NCBI GenBank assembly: GCA_036002305.1
Contig: DASYTL010000035.1
Span: forward strand, 149,444-213,443
Direction of reading: 5' to 3'
DNA from: Candidatus Limnocylindria bacterium
Lineage (GTDB): Bacteria > Chloroflexota > Limnocylindria > P2-11E
Length of the DNA stretch: 64,000 nucleotides
In this document: piece by piece, positions 36,081 to 45,718 of the stretch
Layout of the letters: each line of letters starts with the position of its first letter
How positions within the stretch are numbered: position 1 is the stretch's first letter
The notes under the pieces: model-generated
Seen by the model: only the letters and a program-made list of their open reading frames with translations
Databases searched by the model: none
Told to the model about the DNA's origin: nothing
Position numbers and translations under genes: made by a program

Positions 36081-37067
36081 TCAACCGACCAGCGCGAGCT
36101 TCTGGAAGGTGTGGCAGTCCGCCGGGACGAGTCCGGCTTTCGCGCCGATCGTCCACGTGACCTCCGCGACGTAGAGGTCGCCGTTCGTGTCCACGGCGAT
36201 CCCGTGCGGAGCGCAGAAGCTCCCGGGGGCGCAGGGGTCGGATCCGCCGATGCGGGTCAACAGATTCCCGGCTTCGTCCAGAACGCTCACCCGGGCCGGC
36301 AGCTCGCGCTCGATCGGGCCGTTGCGGAACGACCGCAGACCGACGCGCCACACGAGCTCCGACACGTACATGCGGCCGAGAGCGAGGACGATCTGGGTCG
36401 GACGCTGGACGTTCGTGAGCTCACGGCGGAACGACCCGTCGGCGTCGAACACCTGTATGCGATCGTTCTCGCGATCGCACACGTAGACGTCTCCGTTGCG
36501 ATCGACGGCGATGCCGTGAGGCAGCATGAATTCACCAGGCCCGGTCCCCGGGGCGCCCCACGACGCGAGAAGCCGCCCTCCCGCCGAGAAACGGTGGACG
36601 CGGCAGTTCCCGTAACCGTCGGACACGTACAGGTCGCCGTTTGGCGCGACCGCGATGTTCGTCGGACGGTTGAACGGCGGCGCGCCGCGCGAGATGGTCG
36701 TCAGGTTCTTCCCGTCGTAGCCGCTGTCCGAGGGCTTCCCGTCGTTGTCGCCGAGCGTCAGCAGCAACTTCCCGTCAGGCGTGAACTTCCGGACGCTGTG
36801 GCCCGCGTCATCGACGCAGTACACGCTGTCGTCCGGGCCGATGGTCATCCCGTGCGTGCGCATCGTGAACAGCCCCTCGCCCCACGAGCCGACGAATCGT
36901 CCGTCCCGCTCGTACATGAGGACCGGGTGTTCCGCGCGGCAGAAGAGGTAGACGCGACCTTTCGAGTTGATCGCGACCGCGGCGACGTCCGGATGCGTGT
37001 AGCCCTTCGGCGGTTGTTCCCAATCCGCGACGGCCTCGTACCTCGGCGTCGAAACGCGCACGCTCAT
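36081..37067 (-). CDS. NHL-repeat beta-propeller protein (peptidyl-alpha-hydroxyglycine lyase-like)
   Basis: Repeated P.GIAVD..G..YV.D...RI..F units. Confidence 0.75.
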   Translation of the reverse strand: MSVRVSTPRYEAVADWEQPPKGYTHPDVAAVAINSKGRVYLFCRAEHPVLMYERDGRFVGSWGEGLFTMRTHGMTIGPDDSVYCVDDAGHSVRKFTPDGKLLLTLGDNDGKPSDSGYDGKNLTTISRGAPPFNRPTNIAVAPNGDLYVSDGYGNCRVHRFSAGGRLLASWGAPGTGPGEFMLPHGIAVDRNGDVYVCDRENDRIQVFDADGSFRRELTNVQRPTQIVLALGRMYVSELVWRVGLRSFRNGPIERELPARVSVLDEAGNLLTRIGGSDPCAPGSFCAPHGIAVDTNGDLYVAEVTWTIGAKAGLVPADCHTFQKLALVG

Positions 37068-37249
37068 CCGATGCGTGAGCGCTCTTCCAGATCGGCGGCG
37101 CAGCGCTGGACGACCCGTTCGAATTCCGCCGAACCGTGCATGACGGACGGCGGATACGTTCTGTCCCAGCCAGCGACCCTGCGATCGAACGGCCGAAAGT
37201 AGATCCCGTCCTGTACCAGTGCAACGAGCGACCCCTTGCGCCAAGACAT
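37064..37249 (-). CDS. small hypothetical protein (about 61 aa), coupled to the NHL gene
   Basis: Its stop overlaps the NHL ATG (ATGA) and its ATG overlaps the stop of upstream orfX (TGATG). No family recognised. Confidence 0.35.
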   Translation of the reverse strand: MSWRKGSLVALVQDGIYFRPFDRRVAGWDRTYPPSVMHGSAEFERVVQRCAADLEERSRIG

Positions 37250-37509
37250 CACGAACAAGACAGACCCCCGAAGAAGAAGGCTGTTCCCGCGATCCAGACG
37301 ACCCGAGCCGCGAACGCGATGGCGTCGGATCTAGGCCCGGCGGTAATCAGGAGAGCGAGCGTCCCGAAGCCAAGGAGCGCGAGTATGCCTACCGTGAGCG
37401 CCTGACCGAGCCGCGCGCCAGGGACGTCACTCGTCGAGACCCTAAAGATGAGCGCAGGGCGACGGACGCCCTTCAGCTCGATCTCGCCGCGCTCTGGCGT
37501 GTCCCTCAG
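37249..37509 (-). CDS. hypothetical 86-aa protein with two C-terminal TM helices; CTG start overlapping the ribF stop
   Basis: The open frame has no ATG/GTG/TTG, so it is absent from the ORF track. CTG at 37509 forms CTGA with the ribF TGA. Hydrophobic segments LTVGILALLGFGTLALLI and VVWIAGTAFFFGGL. Confidence 0.35.
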   Translation of the reverse strand: MRDTPERGEIELKGVRRPALIFRVSTSDVPGARLGQALTVGILALLGFGTLALLITAGPRSDAIAFAARVVWIAGTAFFFGGLSCS

Positions 37510-38420
37510 CTCAGTGCCCGTTTCGTTTCCTCCACGTCTCGCGCGATCTGCGCGGATAGCTCCGCCGGGCTCGCGAATGCGAGCTCGTCGCGGAGCCGTT
37601 TCACGAAGGTGACCTCGACCTCTTCGCCGTAGACCTCGCCGGTGAAGTCGAGAAGATACGCCTCCAGCACGCGCTCGCCGCCGCCGAAGGTGGGTCGGAC
37701 GCCGAGTGATGCCGCCGCTTTGAAACGTCCCTCCCCCATCTCAGCCCACATGGCGTAGATCCCGTCGCGTGGGAGCAGCCTCTCCTTGGGGAGAGCCAGG
37801 TTGATCGTGGGGAATCCGAGCGCGCGGCCGCGCTTCGCGCCGTGCACCACTCGTCCGCGCACGTCGTAGGGGCGGCCCAGCAGGCGCTCGGCCGCCTCGA
37901 CGTCACCGGCGAGCAGCAGATTGCGGATGCGCGTAGAGCTCACGACCTCGCCCTCCAGCTTGATCGGCGGCATCACGTCCACGGTGAAGCCCTCCCGTTT
38001 CCCTCGCGCGCGGAGCGCGTCGACGTCCCCTTCCGCGCGATGCCCGAAGTGGAAGTCCGGGCCGACGACGATCCGGCGCACATCGCCCGCCGCGCGGAGG
38101 CGGTCGATGAACCGGTCAGGGCTGAGCTTCGCGAACGCGTCGTCGAAGCGGAAGACGACCACCGCGTCGGCGCCCGCTTCCCGCAGCAGCTTCACGCGAT
38201 CGCGCACGTCCGAAAGCGCGGATGCCGGCGCGCCCGAGGCGAGGGCCTGGATCGGGAGCGGATCGAAGGTCGCGGCGAGCGCTCTTGCGCCCTCCCGGCG
38301 CGCCCCGCGCCCGAGCTCCGCGATGAGCGCGCGGTGTCCGAGGTGGACGCCGTCGAACACCCCGATCGCGAGGTCGATCGGCCCGCTCGGCCAGCCCGTG
38401 AAGTCCCGAAGCGCTTCGAT
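37506..38420 (-). CDS. ribF: bifunctional riboflavin kinase / FMN adenylyltransferase
   Basis: IGVFDGVHLGH, C-terminal kinase domain PTINL...GRFKAAASLG..PTF. The conserved N-terminus lies upstream of GTG 38360, so the proposed start is ATC at 38420. Confidence 0.88.
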   Translation of the reverse strand: MEALRDFTGWPSGPIDLAIGVFDGVHLGHRALIAELGRGARREGARALAATFDPLPIQALASGAPASALSDVRDRVKLLREAGADAVVVFRFDDAFAKLSPDRFIDRLRAAGDVRRIVVGPDFHFGHRAEGDVDALRARGKREGFTVDVMPPIKLEGEVVSSTRIRNLLLAGDVEAAERLLGRPYDVRGRVVHGAKRGRALGFPTINLALPKERLLPRDGIYAMWAEMGEGRFKAAASLGVRPTFGGGERVLEAYLLDFTGEVYGEEVEVTFVKRLRDELAFASPAELSAQIARDVEETKRALS

Positions 38421-38429
38421 GAGGCGAGA

Positions 38430-40001
38430 CTAGTCGGCCGAAGCAGCTCCGGCAGGCGAGGGTTCCGCGAGCGGAGCCTCAAGCGTGACCGGCACAGGTG
38501 GGGGCCGCTCCGGAGAAGGCGCGGACGGGACCTCGGATGGCGCGGAGGGGGCGTCGCGGTGCGCAGCGGGAGTCGGCCCGAACGCTGGGGCCGGACCGGT
38601 GACAACCGAAGGGGCAGGCCGAAGGGACCCGCGAGCGGCCGCGATGCCCTCGACGCGCCGGAGCCGACGGACGCGACGGACGTCCCGGAGAGCCAGGAAC
38701 GGGACCGGGGTGAAGACCGCCGCGATGAACCCGAGGTAGTTCCCTTGGAAGTACCGCCCGAAGAAGAGGAACGCGAGAAGCGTCAGGGCGTAGCCGGCGA
38801 GGAGCGTCGCGATGGTCGGCCGCTGCCAGAGGCGCAGGAGCCACCACGCGGCGATCGGCGCGGCGACGGCGATCTCGATCGCCGCGAACGGGAAGTCCGC
38901 CTGCCGGTACGGGATCAGCCCGAGCGAGAGCAGCAGCGCGGAGAAGCCCATGCCCGAGATCGGATACGTCCATGCCGCTCCGCCGGCGTTGTATCGCACG
39001 ACGTCGTCGTAGAAGGCGTCGAAGTCGTTCAACAGGAAGGGCAGGAAGGTGGCGAGCAGGAACAGCGCGGCCGGCCACGTCGGCGCGAGCGCGGCCACCG
39101 CCTCGCGGAGCGTGCGGGGCCGTTTCGTCGCGACGAGATAGACGGCGACGAAGGGCAGGACGAACAGCGCGTGCAGCTTGGCCGCGCCCGCCGCGGCGAA
39201 CGCGAGCGACGACGCGGTCCGCCGCTCGCGCATCAGGAGCGCCAGCCCCGCGAACAGGAACAGCAGGACGAAGAAGTCGTTGCGGCCCTCGACCACGAAC
39301 GGGAAGAGCTGCGGGTTGAGCGCGATGGCCGCCGTCAGCGCGAGCCGCCGAGCGGCGCCCTGCACGAGCAGCGGCACGAGCGCGAGGGTGCCGAGGTACG
39401 CGGGCAGGTAGAGAAAACGCTGATCCCAGATGATCCCGGCGTGATCGAAAAGCCAGACGAACGGCGTGGTGACGAGGAACATGAACGGGAAGTACGTCAG
39501 GTGGTACAGCGCCGGGTTGTTGATCATCGGCCAGAAGAACATCGGCGTGTCGAGATAGTCGGCGACGTACGGGTTCATGCCGTGGAGGAACTTGCGGGCG
39601 GCCTCTTCGACCATGAGCGCGCCATCGTGGACGTACGTGTATGGCTTCCCGGTCTCACGCAGCACGATCGAAGCGAGCGCCGGGACGATCACGAAGGCTC
39701 CGATGAGCCCGATGAGGTGGAGCACCCGCGCGCGCGTCGTGAACGACGTCCGAGCACGGTGATCGCGGAAGGGATACGCGAACGCGAGCGCGCCGCAGGC
39801 GATCAGGAAGGCGACGTCCGCGCCCGGGGGAAAGAGCTGCCAGAGCGGCACGTCGTGCGTTGCCGCGACCGTGGTGTGGTTCGCGAAGAGCAGGACCCAG
39901 TTCCCCACGCCGAGCAGGGCGACAACCTGGGCGTCGAGGGAGAGGTCGCGCCACACCGAGAGGGCCAGCTTGGTGAATCGTTCGAGCGCTTTCGCGAGCA
40001 T
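38430..40001 (-). CDS. polytopic membrane protein, putative GT-C-type glycosyltransferase (DUF2029-like) with Pro-rich C-terminal tail
   Basis: More than 10 TM helices. The family call is tentative and based only on topology and composition. Confidence 0.5.
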   Translation of the reverse strand: MLAKALERFTKLALSVWRDLSLDAQVVALLGVGNWVLLFANHTTVAATHDVPLWQLFPPGADVAFLIACGALAFAYPFRDHRARTSFTTRARVLHLIGLIGAFVIVPALASIVLRETGKPYTYVHDGALMVEEAARKFLHGMNPYVADYLDTPMFFWPMINNPALYHLTYFPFMFLVTTPFVWLFDHAGIIWDQRFLYLPAYLGTLALVPLLVQGAARRLALTAAIALNPQLFPFVVEGRNDFFVLLFLFAGLALLMRERRTASSLAFAAAGAAKLHALFVLPFVAVYLVATKRPRTLREAVAALAPTWPAALFLLATFLPFLLNDFDAFYDDVVRYNAGGAAWTYPISGMGFSALLLSLGLIPYRQADFPFAAIEIAVAAPIAAWWLLRLWQRPTIATLLAGYALTLLAFLFFGRYFQGNYLGFIAAVFTPVPFLALRDVRRVRRLRRVEGIAAARGSLRPAPSVVTGPAPAFGPTPAAHRDAPSAPSEVPSAPSPERPPPVPVTLEAPLAEPSPAGAASAD

Positions 40002-40774
40002 CAGGCTGACTCCCCCGCACCGACGATCGTAGCAGCGGCCTGCTCGACAAATCGGCGATCGAGCTGGAGCAGCGACTCGCTCGCGGGCCGAAGGAGCGCT
40101 ATGGCCGCGGCGCGACCCCGCTGACGGAGCAGGTCCGGCGCGACCGCGTCTTTTGCCTCGAGCGCGCCGACCGCGAGACGGCGCAGAGCGGCCAGGTGCG
40201 CAGCGGAGCCGAGCGTGCGCCCGAGGTCGCGCGCGATCGCGCGTACGTACGTGCCCGAAGAACAGACCACGAGGAGCCGCGTGTCAGGAGGTGCTGATGC
40301 GATCACGTCGAGTCGATAGACCTGCACGCTGCGAGCCGCGAGCTCGACCGTCTCGCCGGCGCGTGCCCGTGCGTATGCCGGGCGGCCGTCGACCTTGAGC
40401 GCCGCGTACCGCGGTGGGGTCTGCTCGATGACGCCGCGCAAGGACGCGAGCGCGCTTTCGAGCGTCTGGTCGTCGAGCGCCGGCACGTGCGCCGTGCGCA
40501 CGACCGCGCCCTCGCGATCGTCCGTGGCCGTCTCCGTGCCGAACCGCACGAGCGCGTCGTAGACCTTGGCCGCGCCGTGCACGCGATCGGCGAACTTCGT
40601 CGCGCTTCCCACGAGCAGCGGCAGAAGACCGGACGCGAGCGGGTCGAGCGTGCCGCCGTGGCCCACCCGTTTCGCGCCGATGACTCCGCGCACGACGGCG
40701 ACGACATCGTGCGAGGTCCAGCCCTCGGGCTTGTCGATCGCCAGGACGCCGGAGAGGAGTGCCTCGGTGCTCAG
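40001..40774 (-). CDS. truB: tRNA pseudouridine(55) synthase
   Basis: GVLAIDKPEGWTSHDVV, GHGGTLDPLASGLL, PPRYAALKVDG. Only a CTG start is available (CTGA overlap with the nrnA stop). Confidence 0.88.
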   Translation of the reverse strand: MSTEALLSGVLAIDKPEGWTSHDVVAVVRGVIGAKRVGHGGTLDPLASGLLPLLVGSATKFADRVHGAAKVYDALVRFGTETATDDREGAVVRTAHVPALDDQTLESALASLRGVIEQTPPRYAALKVDGRPAYARARAGETVELAARSVQVYRLDVIASAPPDTRLLVVCSSGTYVRAIARDLGRTLGSAAHLAALRRLAVGALEAKDAVAPDLLRQRGRAAAIALLRPASESLLQLDRRFVEQAAATIVGAGESA

Positions 40775-41748
40775 GCGCCGACGGCGGTGCGCGCGCGCGC
40801 CGCGTCCAGCGCGGAGCGCGCGGCGGCGAGCACGCGCTCGCGCACCGTGGTGAGATCGCCCGGGACGAGTGCACCGGCCGCTCGGATGTGACCGCCGCCC
40901 CCGAAGAGCGTCATCAGCGCGGCGGCGTCGACGGAGGGCTCCCACTGGGAGGTTCGGCACGACACCTTGATGTTGTCGCCCTGCTCGTTGAAGAGCAGCG
41001 CGACGCGCATGCCGCTCGATCGCGCCACCTGCTCGACCAGCCCGGAGATGTCCTCCTCGCGCGCGCCGGCGTCCTTGAAGTCGCCGGCGCGGACCTCCGT
41101 CCACACGAGCTCGCCCCCGCTCTCCCGCATGAGACGCGAGAAGGCGAACCCCCATAGCTTGATCGCTTCGAAGCGCTTGTTCCGGTACACGTTGTAGGTG
41201 ATGGCCTGGAGGTCGGCGCCGGCCTCGCGCAGGCGGGCGGCCCGCTCGAGGGCGCGCCCGTCGGTGCTCGGGAACTGGAACGACCCGGTGTCGGTCATGA
41301 TCCCGACAAGGGCGGCGGTGGCCATGTCGGGCGTCCACACGATCCCGAGCGCGTCGATGACCCGCGAGACCAGCTCGGCGGTGGCCGCGCTCGTCGCGTC
41401 GACCAGGTTGGCCCCGCCGAAGGCGTCATTCGAGACATGGTGGTCGATGTTCACGAGCCGCGGGCCAGCCGGCAGCGCGAATTTCGCCCGTTCCAGCGAC
41501 CCGAAGTCCACGGTCACCACGAGATCGACGTCCCCCGGCGGCGGATCCTGGCGGTAGCGCTCGACCCCGCGCAGGAAGCGAACCGTTTCCGGCACGGCAT
41601 CCGCGCAGTGCCACGACACCTTCTTCCCGATCGACTCCAGTCCCAGGCCGAGCGCGAGGCCGGAGCCGATGGTGTCGGGATCGGGGTCGCGGTGCGAGAC
41701 GATCGCGATGCGGCGTGCGCCGCTGAGAGCGGCGAGGACCTCTTTCAT
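40771..41748 (-). CDS. nrnA: DHH/DHHA1 phosphoesterase (oligoribonuclease / pAp phosphatase NrnA-like)
   Basis: IVSHRDPDPDTIGS, NIDHH, MTDTGSF, GGGGH. Confidence 0.88.
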   Translation of the reverse strand: MKEVLAALSGARRIAIVSHRDPDPDTIGSGLALGLGLESIGKKVSWHCADAVPETVRFLRGVERYRQDPPPGDVDLVVTVDFGSLERAKFALPAGPRLVNIDHHVSNDAFGGANLVDATSAATAELVSRVIDALGIVWTPDMATAALVGIMTDTGSFQFPSTDGRALERAARLREAGADLQAITYNVYRNKRFEAIKLWGFAFSRLMRESGGELVWTEVRAGDFKDAGAREEDISGLVEQVARSSGMRVALLFNEQGDNIKVSCRTSQWEPSVDAAALMTLFGGGGHIRAAGALVPGDLTTVRERVLAAARSALDAARARTAVGA

Positions 41749-42098
41749 CGGCCTTCGCGCTGACGAGCCTCGCGAAGGAGGCCCGAGATCCGCACCGCCT
41801 GCTCCGCCGTGCGGTCGGGGACGAAAGTCAGCTCGGGCACGAAACGCAGATCGGTCCTCGTGCCGAGCTGGTGACGGAGGAAGGGCTTGGCGTCCTCGAG
41901 CGCGGCCATGGTCTTCTTCGCCGCCTCCTCGTCAGCGAGGACGCTCACATGCACGCGGGCGCTGCGCAGATCGTCGGTGATCTGGACCGCGGTCACCGTG
42001 GTGAAAGCGATCCGCGGGTCGCGGAGCTCCTCGCTGATCAGGGTGCCGAGCTCGCGCTGGAGCAGCGCGTTCACGCGGTCCGCTCGCCGGTACGCCAT
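41745..42098 (-). CDS. rbfA: ribosome-binding factor A
   Basis: RRADRVNALLQRELGTLI, VTAVQITDDLRSARVHVS. Confidence 0.92.
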   Translation of the reverse strand: MAYRRADRVNALLQRELGTLISEELRDPRIAFTTVTAVQITDDLRSARVHVSVLADEEAAKKTMAALEDAKPFLRHQLGTRTDLRFVPELTFVPDRTAEQAVRISGLLREARQREGR

Positions 42099-42119
42099 GA
42101 CCTACGCCACCTCGTCCGG

Positions 42120-44027
42120 CTAGCGCGGCTTCGGCTGGACGACGTAGTCCTCGATGATGTCGCCGACCAACACTTCGTTGTGGTTCTCGAGCACGATGCC
42201 GCACTCGAGGCCCGCGTTGACCTCGCGAACGTCGTCCTTCATGCGGCGCAGCGTCGCGATCTTGCCGTCGTACACGGCGGTCCCGCCGCGGAGGAGCCGC
42301 GCCTGCGCCCCGCGCCGTGCGATGCCGTCCACGACACGGCAGCCGGCGATCGTCGTCTTGCCCGAGGTGAAGATCTGGAGCACCTCGGCGTGGCCGAGCA
42401 CCGACTCGACCATCTCGGGCTCGAGCATGCCGGTGAGCGCCTTCTCCACGTCCGCGAGCAGCTCGTAGATGACCTTGTATTGCCGGACGTCGACCTTGGT
42501 GGACTCGGCCACGCGGCGGGCCGGGGCTTCCATCTTGGTGTTGAAGCCGATCACGACCGCTCCCGAGGCCGCGGCGAGCGTGAGGTCGGACTCCGTGACG
42601 TCACCGACCGCGTCGTGGATGACCGAGAGCGCGACCTCGTCCTGCTTCACCTTGGCCAGCGCGCTCTTGATCGCCTCGAGCGAGCCTTGCACGTCGGCCT
42701 TGAGGACGAGCTTGAGCTCTTTGGCCTTGCCTTCCTTGACCTGGGCGAACATCTCGTCGAGCGTCGCCGGGCGCTCAGCGGCGGTGCCCGCGGCGCGCTC
42801 CCGCGCGTTCTGAGCGACGAGCGCCTTCGCGGCCTTCTCGTCGGAGACGGCACGGATGACGTCCCCCGCCTCGGGCACCTCGGGAAGTCCGAGGATCTCG
42901 ACCGGACGCGACGGCTCGGCGCGGCCGACGTTCTTCCCCTTGTCGTCGACCATCGCGCGCACCTTGCCGAACGTCGTCCCGGCGACCACGAGGTCGCCGC
43001 GCTCGAGCGTGCCGGTCTGCACGAGCACCGTCGCGACCGGGCCACGGCCCCTGTCGAGATGAGCCTCGATGACTCGCCCGATCGCCGGACGGTCGGGATC
43101 CGCCTTGAGCTCCGCAACGTCCGCGACGAGCAGCACGGTCTCGACGAGGTCGTTGATGCCCTGTTTGGTCTTGGCGGACACCGGCGCGAGCGGGGTGTCG
43201 CCGCCGTACTCCTCGATCGTGACGCCGTGCTCGGCCAGCTGCGCCTTCACCTGATCGGGGTTCGCGTCGGGGCGATCGATCTTGTTGAGCGCGACGACGA
43301 TCGGCACGTTCGCCGCCTTCGCGTGCGAGATCGCCTCGATCGTCTGCGGCTGCACGCCATCGTCCGCGGCGACCACCAGGACCGCGACGTCGGTCACCTG
43401 CGCCCCCCGCGCGCGCATGGCGGTGAACGCCTCGTGACCCGGGGTGTCGAGGAACGTGACCTTGCGGCCGTTGTGCTCGATCTGGTACGCGCCGATGTGC
43501 TGGGTGATCCCGCCGGCCTCGCGAGCGGTGACGTTGGTGGCGCGGATGGCGTCGAGCAGGCTCGTCTTGCCATGGTCGACGTGTCCGAGGACGGTGACCA
43601 CCGGCGGCCGCTCCTTGAGCTTCGCCGGGTCGACGTCCGTCCAGAGGATCTCCTTCGCGCCGACAACCTCGGCGGCGGCCTCCTCCTCGACGGCAGGCGC
43701 GATCTCCTCTTCGGCCCGCGTCTCGATGCCGAGCTCGTTGGCGACGAGGGAGGCGGTCTCGAAGTCGACCGTCTCGTTGATCGAGACCATGAGGCCCATG
43801 TTCACGAGGCCGCGCATCACGTCGACGACGCTCAGGTCGAGAGCGCGGGCGAGATCGCCGACCGTGATCGCCTTGGGCAGGGTCACGACGGTGCCGGTCG
43901 GCTCGGCGACCGCTACCGGCGCGGCCTGCTCGGGCACGGGCTGCGGGGCAGGCTGCCGCTGGGGCCTGCGGCCCTTGGGCCGCGGACCGCGCTGCGGCGG
44001 CATCCGCCTTGGTCTCGCCTTAGGCAT
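42120..44027 (-). CDS. infB: translation initiation factor IF-2
   Basis: [24 protein letters not shown]; short basic N-terminus. Confidence 0.95.
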   Translation of the reverse strand: MPKARPRRMPPQRGPRPKGRRPQRQPAPQPVPEQAAPVAVAEPTGTVVTLPKAITVGDLARALDLSVVDVMRGLVNMGLMVSINETVDFETASLVANELGIETRAEEEIAPAVEEEAAAEVVGAKEILWTDVDPAKLKERPPVVTVLGHVDHGKTSLLDAIRATNVTAREAGGITQHIGAYQIEHNGRKVTFLDTPGHEAFTAMRARGAQVTDVAVLVVAADDGVQPQTIEAISHAKAANVPIVVALNKIDRPDANPDQVKAQLAEHGVTIEEYGGDTPLAPVSAKTKQGINDLVETVLLVADVAELKADPDRPAIGRVIEAHLDRGRGPVATVLVQTGTLERGDLVVAGTTFGKVRAMVDDKGKNVGRAEPSRPVEILGLPEVPEAGDVIRAVSDEKAAKALVAQNARERAAGTAAERPATLDEMFAQVKEGKAKELKLVLKADVQGSLEAIKSALAKVKQDEVALSVIHDAVGDVTESDLTLAAASGAVVIGFNTKMEAPARRVAESTKVDVRQYKVIYELLADVEKALTGMLEPEMVESVLGHAEVLQIFTSGKTTIAGCRVVDGIARRGAQARLLRGGTAVYDGKIATLRRMKDDVREVNAGLECGIVLENHNEVLVGDIIEDYVVQPKPR

Positions 44028-44373
44028 TCGCCCTCCGTTCCTTCGCTGCGGCCGCGAGCTGCTCGCGCAGCTTCGCGGCGGCTCCGTCGTCTATCGGCGT
44101 TTCAAGCGCCCGCGAGAGCGCCCCTTCCGTGAGCCCGCGCTCGAGGCATCCGGCGTCGGGATCCAGGTAGGCTCCGCGGCCGGGCGCCTTCCCTCGGAGG
44201 TCGACGGAGAGCTCCCCCAGGGGTGAGCGTACGACTCGCACGAGCTCGCGTTTTGGGCGCGTCGTCCGGCAGGCCACGCAGGTCCGCTGCGGAAGGCTCC
44301 GCGGCGGCCTCTGGGAGGCCTTAGCGACGCTCCCGCTTCTTCTTGCCTCCGAGGAGCGCTCGGTCCTCCTCAT
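44020..44373 (-). CDS. YlxR/RnpM (DUF448) family RNA-binding protein
   Basis: [19 protein letters not shown]...GRGAYL. The ATG 44373 start overlaps the nusA 3' end, so the start is uncertain. Confidence 0.7.
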   Translation of the reverse strand: MRRTERSSEARRSGSVAKASQRPPRSLPQRTCVACRTTRPKRELVRVVRSPLGELSVDLRGKAPGRGAYLDPDAGCLERGLTEGALSRALETPIDDGAAAKLREQLAAAAKERRANA

Positions 44374-45535
44374 CCAGGTCCTCCTCGTCCGCGGCGGCCG
44401 ACTCCGCCTCGACCTCGGCGACGAGATCGTGGCGGATCTCGGATTCCTCCTCCACCGGTGGCGGCTCGGCGACGGCGACCGGCTCTGGCTCGGGCTCAGG
44501 CTCGAGCTCGGCACGGACCTCCGACTCGCTACGGATGTCGATGCGCCATCCGGTCAGCTTCGCGGCAAGGCGGGCGTTCTGGCCCTCCTTGCCGATGGCG
44601 AGCGAGAGCTGCCGGTCCGGGACCACGACGTACGCCGTCTTGTCCTCGGGGACGATATCAACACGGACCACGTGCGCCGGCTCGAGCGCGTTCGCGACGT
44701 AGCGCTCGGGGCTCTCGGCCCACTCGATGATGTCGATCTTCTCGCCGCCGAGCTCGTTCACGATCGCCTGCACGCGCAGCCCACGCTGCCCGATGCACGC
44801 GCCGCGGGCGTCCAGACCGGGCTGGCGCGCGCGCACGGCGATCTTCGTGCGCGATCCCGGCTCGCGGGCGATGCCGACGATCTCGACCTGCCCGTGGAAG
44901 ATCTCCGGGACCTCGAGCTCGAACAGCCGCTTCACGAGGGCCTTGTGCGCTCGGCTGACGATGATCTGCGGCCCGCGCAGCGTGCGACGGACCTCGAGGA
45001 CGACGACCTTTCGCGCCTGCCCGGCGAAATAGCGCTCGTGCGGCGCCTGCTCCGACCGGGGCAGGATCGCGGTCGCTCCGCGGTCGAGCTCCATGATCGC
45101 GGAGCCGGCTTCGAAGTGGCTGATCTTGGCGTTGATGATGTCGCCCTCGCGGTCGGCGTACTCCGCGAAGACCTGCTCCCGCTCCGCCTCGCGAAGCGAC
45201 TGCTGGATGACCTGCTTCGCGGTCTGCGCGCCGATGCGACCCAGCGCGGCGGCGGACTCCTCGAACGGGATGACCTCGCCGAGCTGCGCGTCCGTCTTGA
45301 TCTTCTTCGCCGTGTCGAGCTGGACCTGGATCTTGGGATCCTCGACCTTCTCGACCACGGTCTTCAGCAAGTAGACCTTGAACGCGCCGGTCTGGATATC
45401 GACCTTGACGTCGATGTGCTCCTCATCGCCGTATGCGCGCTTGATCGCGCGGGCGATGATGTCGCTGACGACTTCCTTGGGGAGACCCTTCTCCGCGGAG
45501 AGTTGCGCGAGGCCGGTGACGAGCTCTCGGTTCAT
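44321..45535 (-). CDS. nusA: transcription termination/antitermination factor NusA
   Basis: N-terminal, S1 and KH1/KH2 domains ([47 protein letters not shown]), acidic tail. AAGGGGAG 6 nt upstream of ATG 45535. Confidence 0.93.
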   Translation of the reverse strand: MNRELVTGLAQLSAEKGLPKEVVSDIIARAIKRAYGDEEHIDVKVDIQTGAFKVYLLKTVVEKVEDPKIQVQLDTAKKIKTDAQLGEVIPFEESAAALGRIGAQTAKQVIQQSLREAEREQVFAEYADREGDIINAKISHFEAGSAIMELDRGATAILPRSEQAPHERYFAGQARKVVVLEVRRTLRGPQIIVSRAHKALVKRLFELEVPEIFHGQVEIVGIAREPGSRTKIAVRARQPGLDARGACIGQRGLRVQAIVNELGGEKIDIIEWAESPERYVANALEPAHVVRVDIVPEDKTAYVVVPDRQLSLAIGKEGQNARLAAKLTGWRIDIRSESEVRAELEPEPEPEPVAVAEPPPVEEESEIRHDLVAEVEAESAAADEEDLDEEDRALLGGKKKRERR

Positions 45536-45570
45536 GGCAACTCCCCTTATCTTCAATTGGCGTCAGGCGA

Positions 45571-45597
45571 CAAAAAAAGTGGGGTCGACCCACTTTC
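45571..45597 (-). terminator. intrinsic terminator-like hairpin plus U7, nested inside a 9-bp outer inverted repeat (45560-45568 / 45603-45611)
   Basis: RNA AAGUGGG-UCGAC-CCCACUU followed by UUUUUUG. It lies about 35 nt upstream of the nusA ATG and downstream of flp. Confidence 0.75.
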
Positions 45598-45718
45598 AGA
45601 GAGCCTGACGCGGCCTCCAGCCCGGCCGGACGCCAGACGTAACTATATCAAATGGCGGGAACCGGACGAACGGGGCTGCGCCCCCTACGCGGAGAGCGGG
45701 CGGGCCGCCGCGCCGCTC

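Noticed and set aside
37842-40124. Very long ORFs antisense to real genes. Examples: 37842-40124 (+, 760 aa), 41871-44132 (+, 753 aa), 60727-63306 (+, 859 aa), 57659-60046 (-, 795 aa), 22529-24079 (+), 17779-19125 (+).
   Set aside because: Their composition is Arg/Asp/Glu/Gly/His-rich with no recognisable motifs. Each lies exactly opposite a strongly conserved gene (ribF/GT-C, infB, mutS2, PBP, pnp, rnj). They are typical stop-codon-poor shadow frames of a 70% GC genome.
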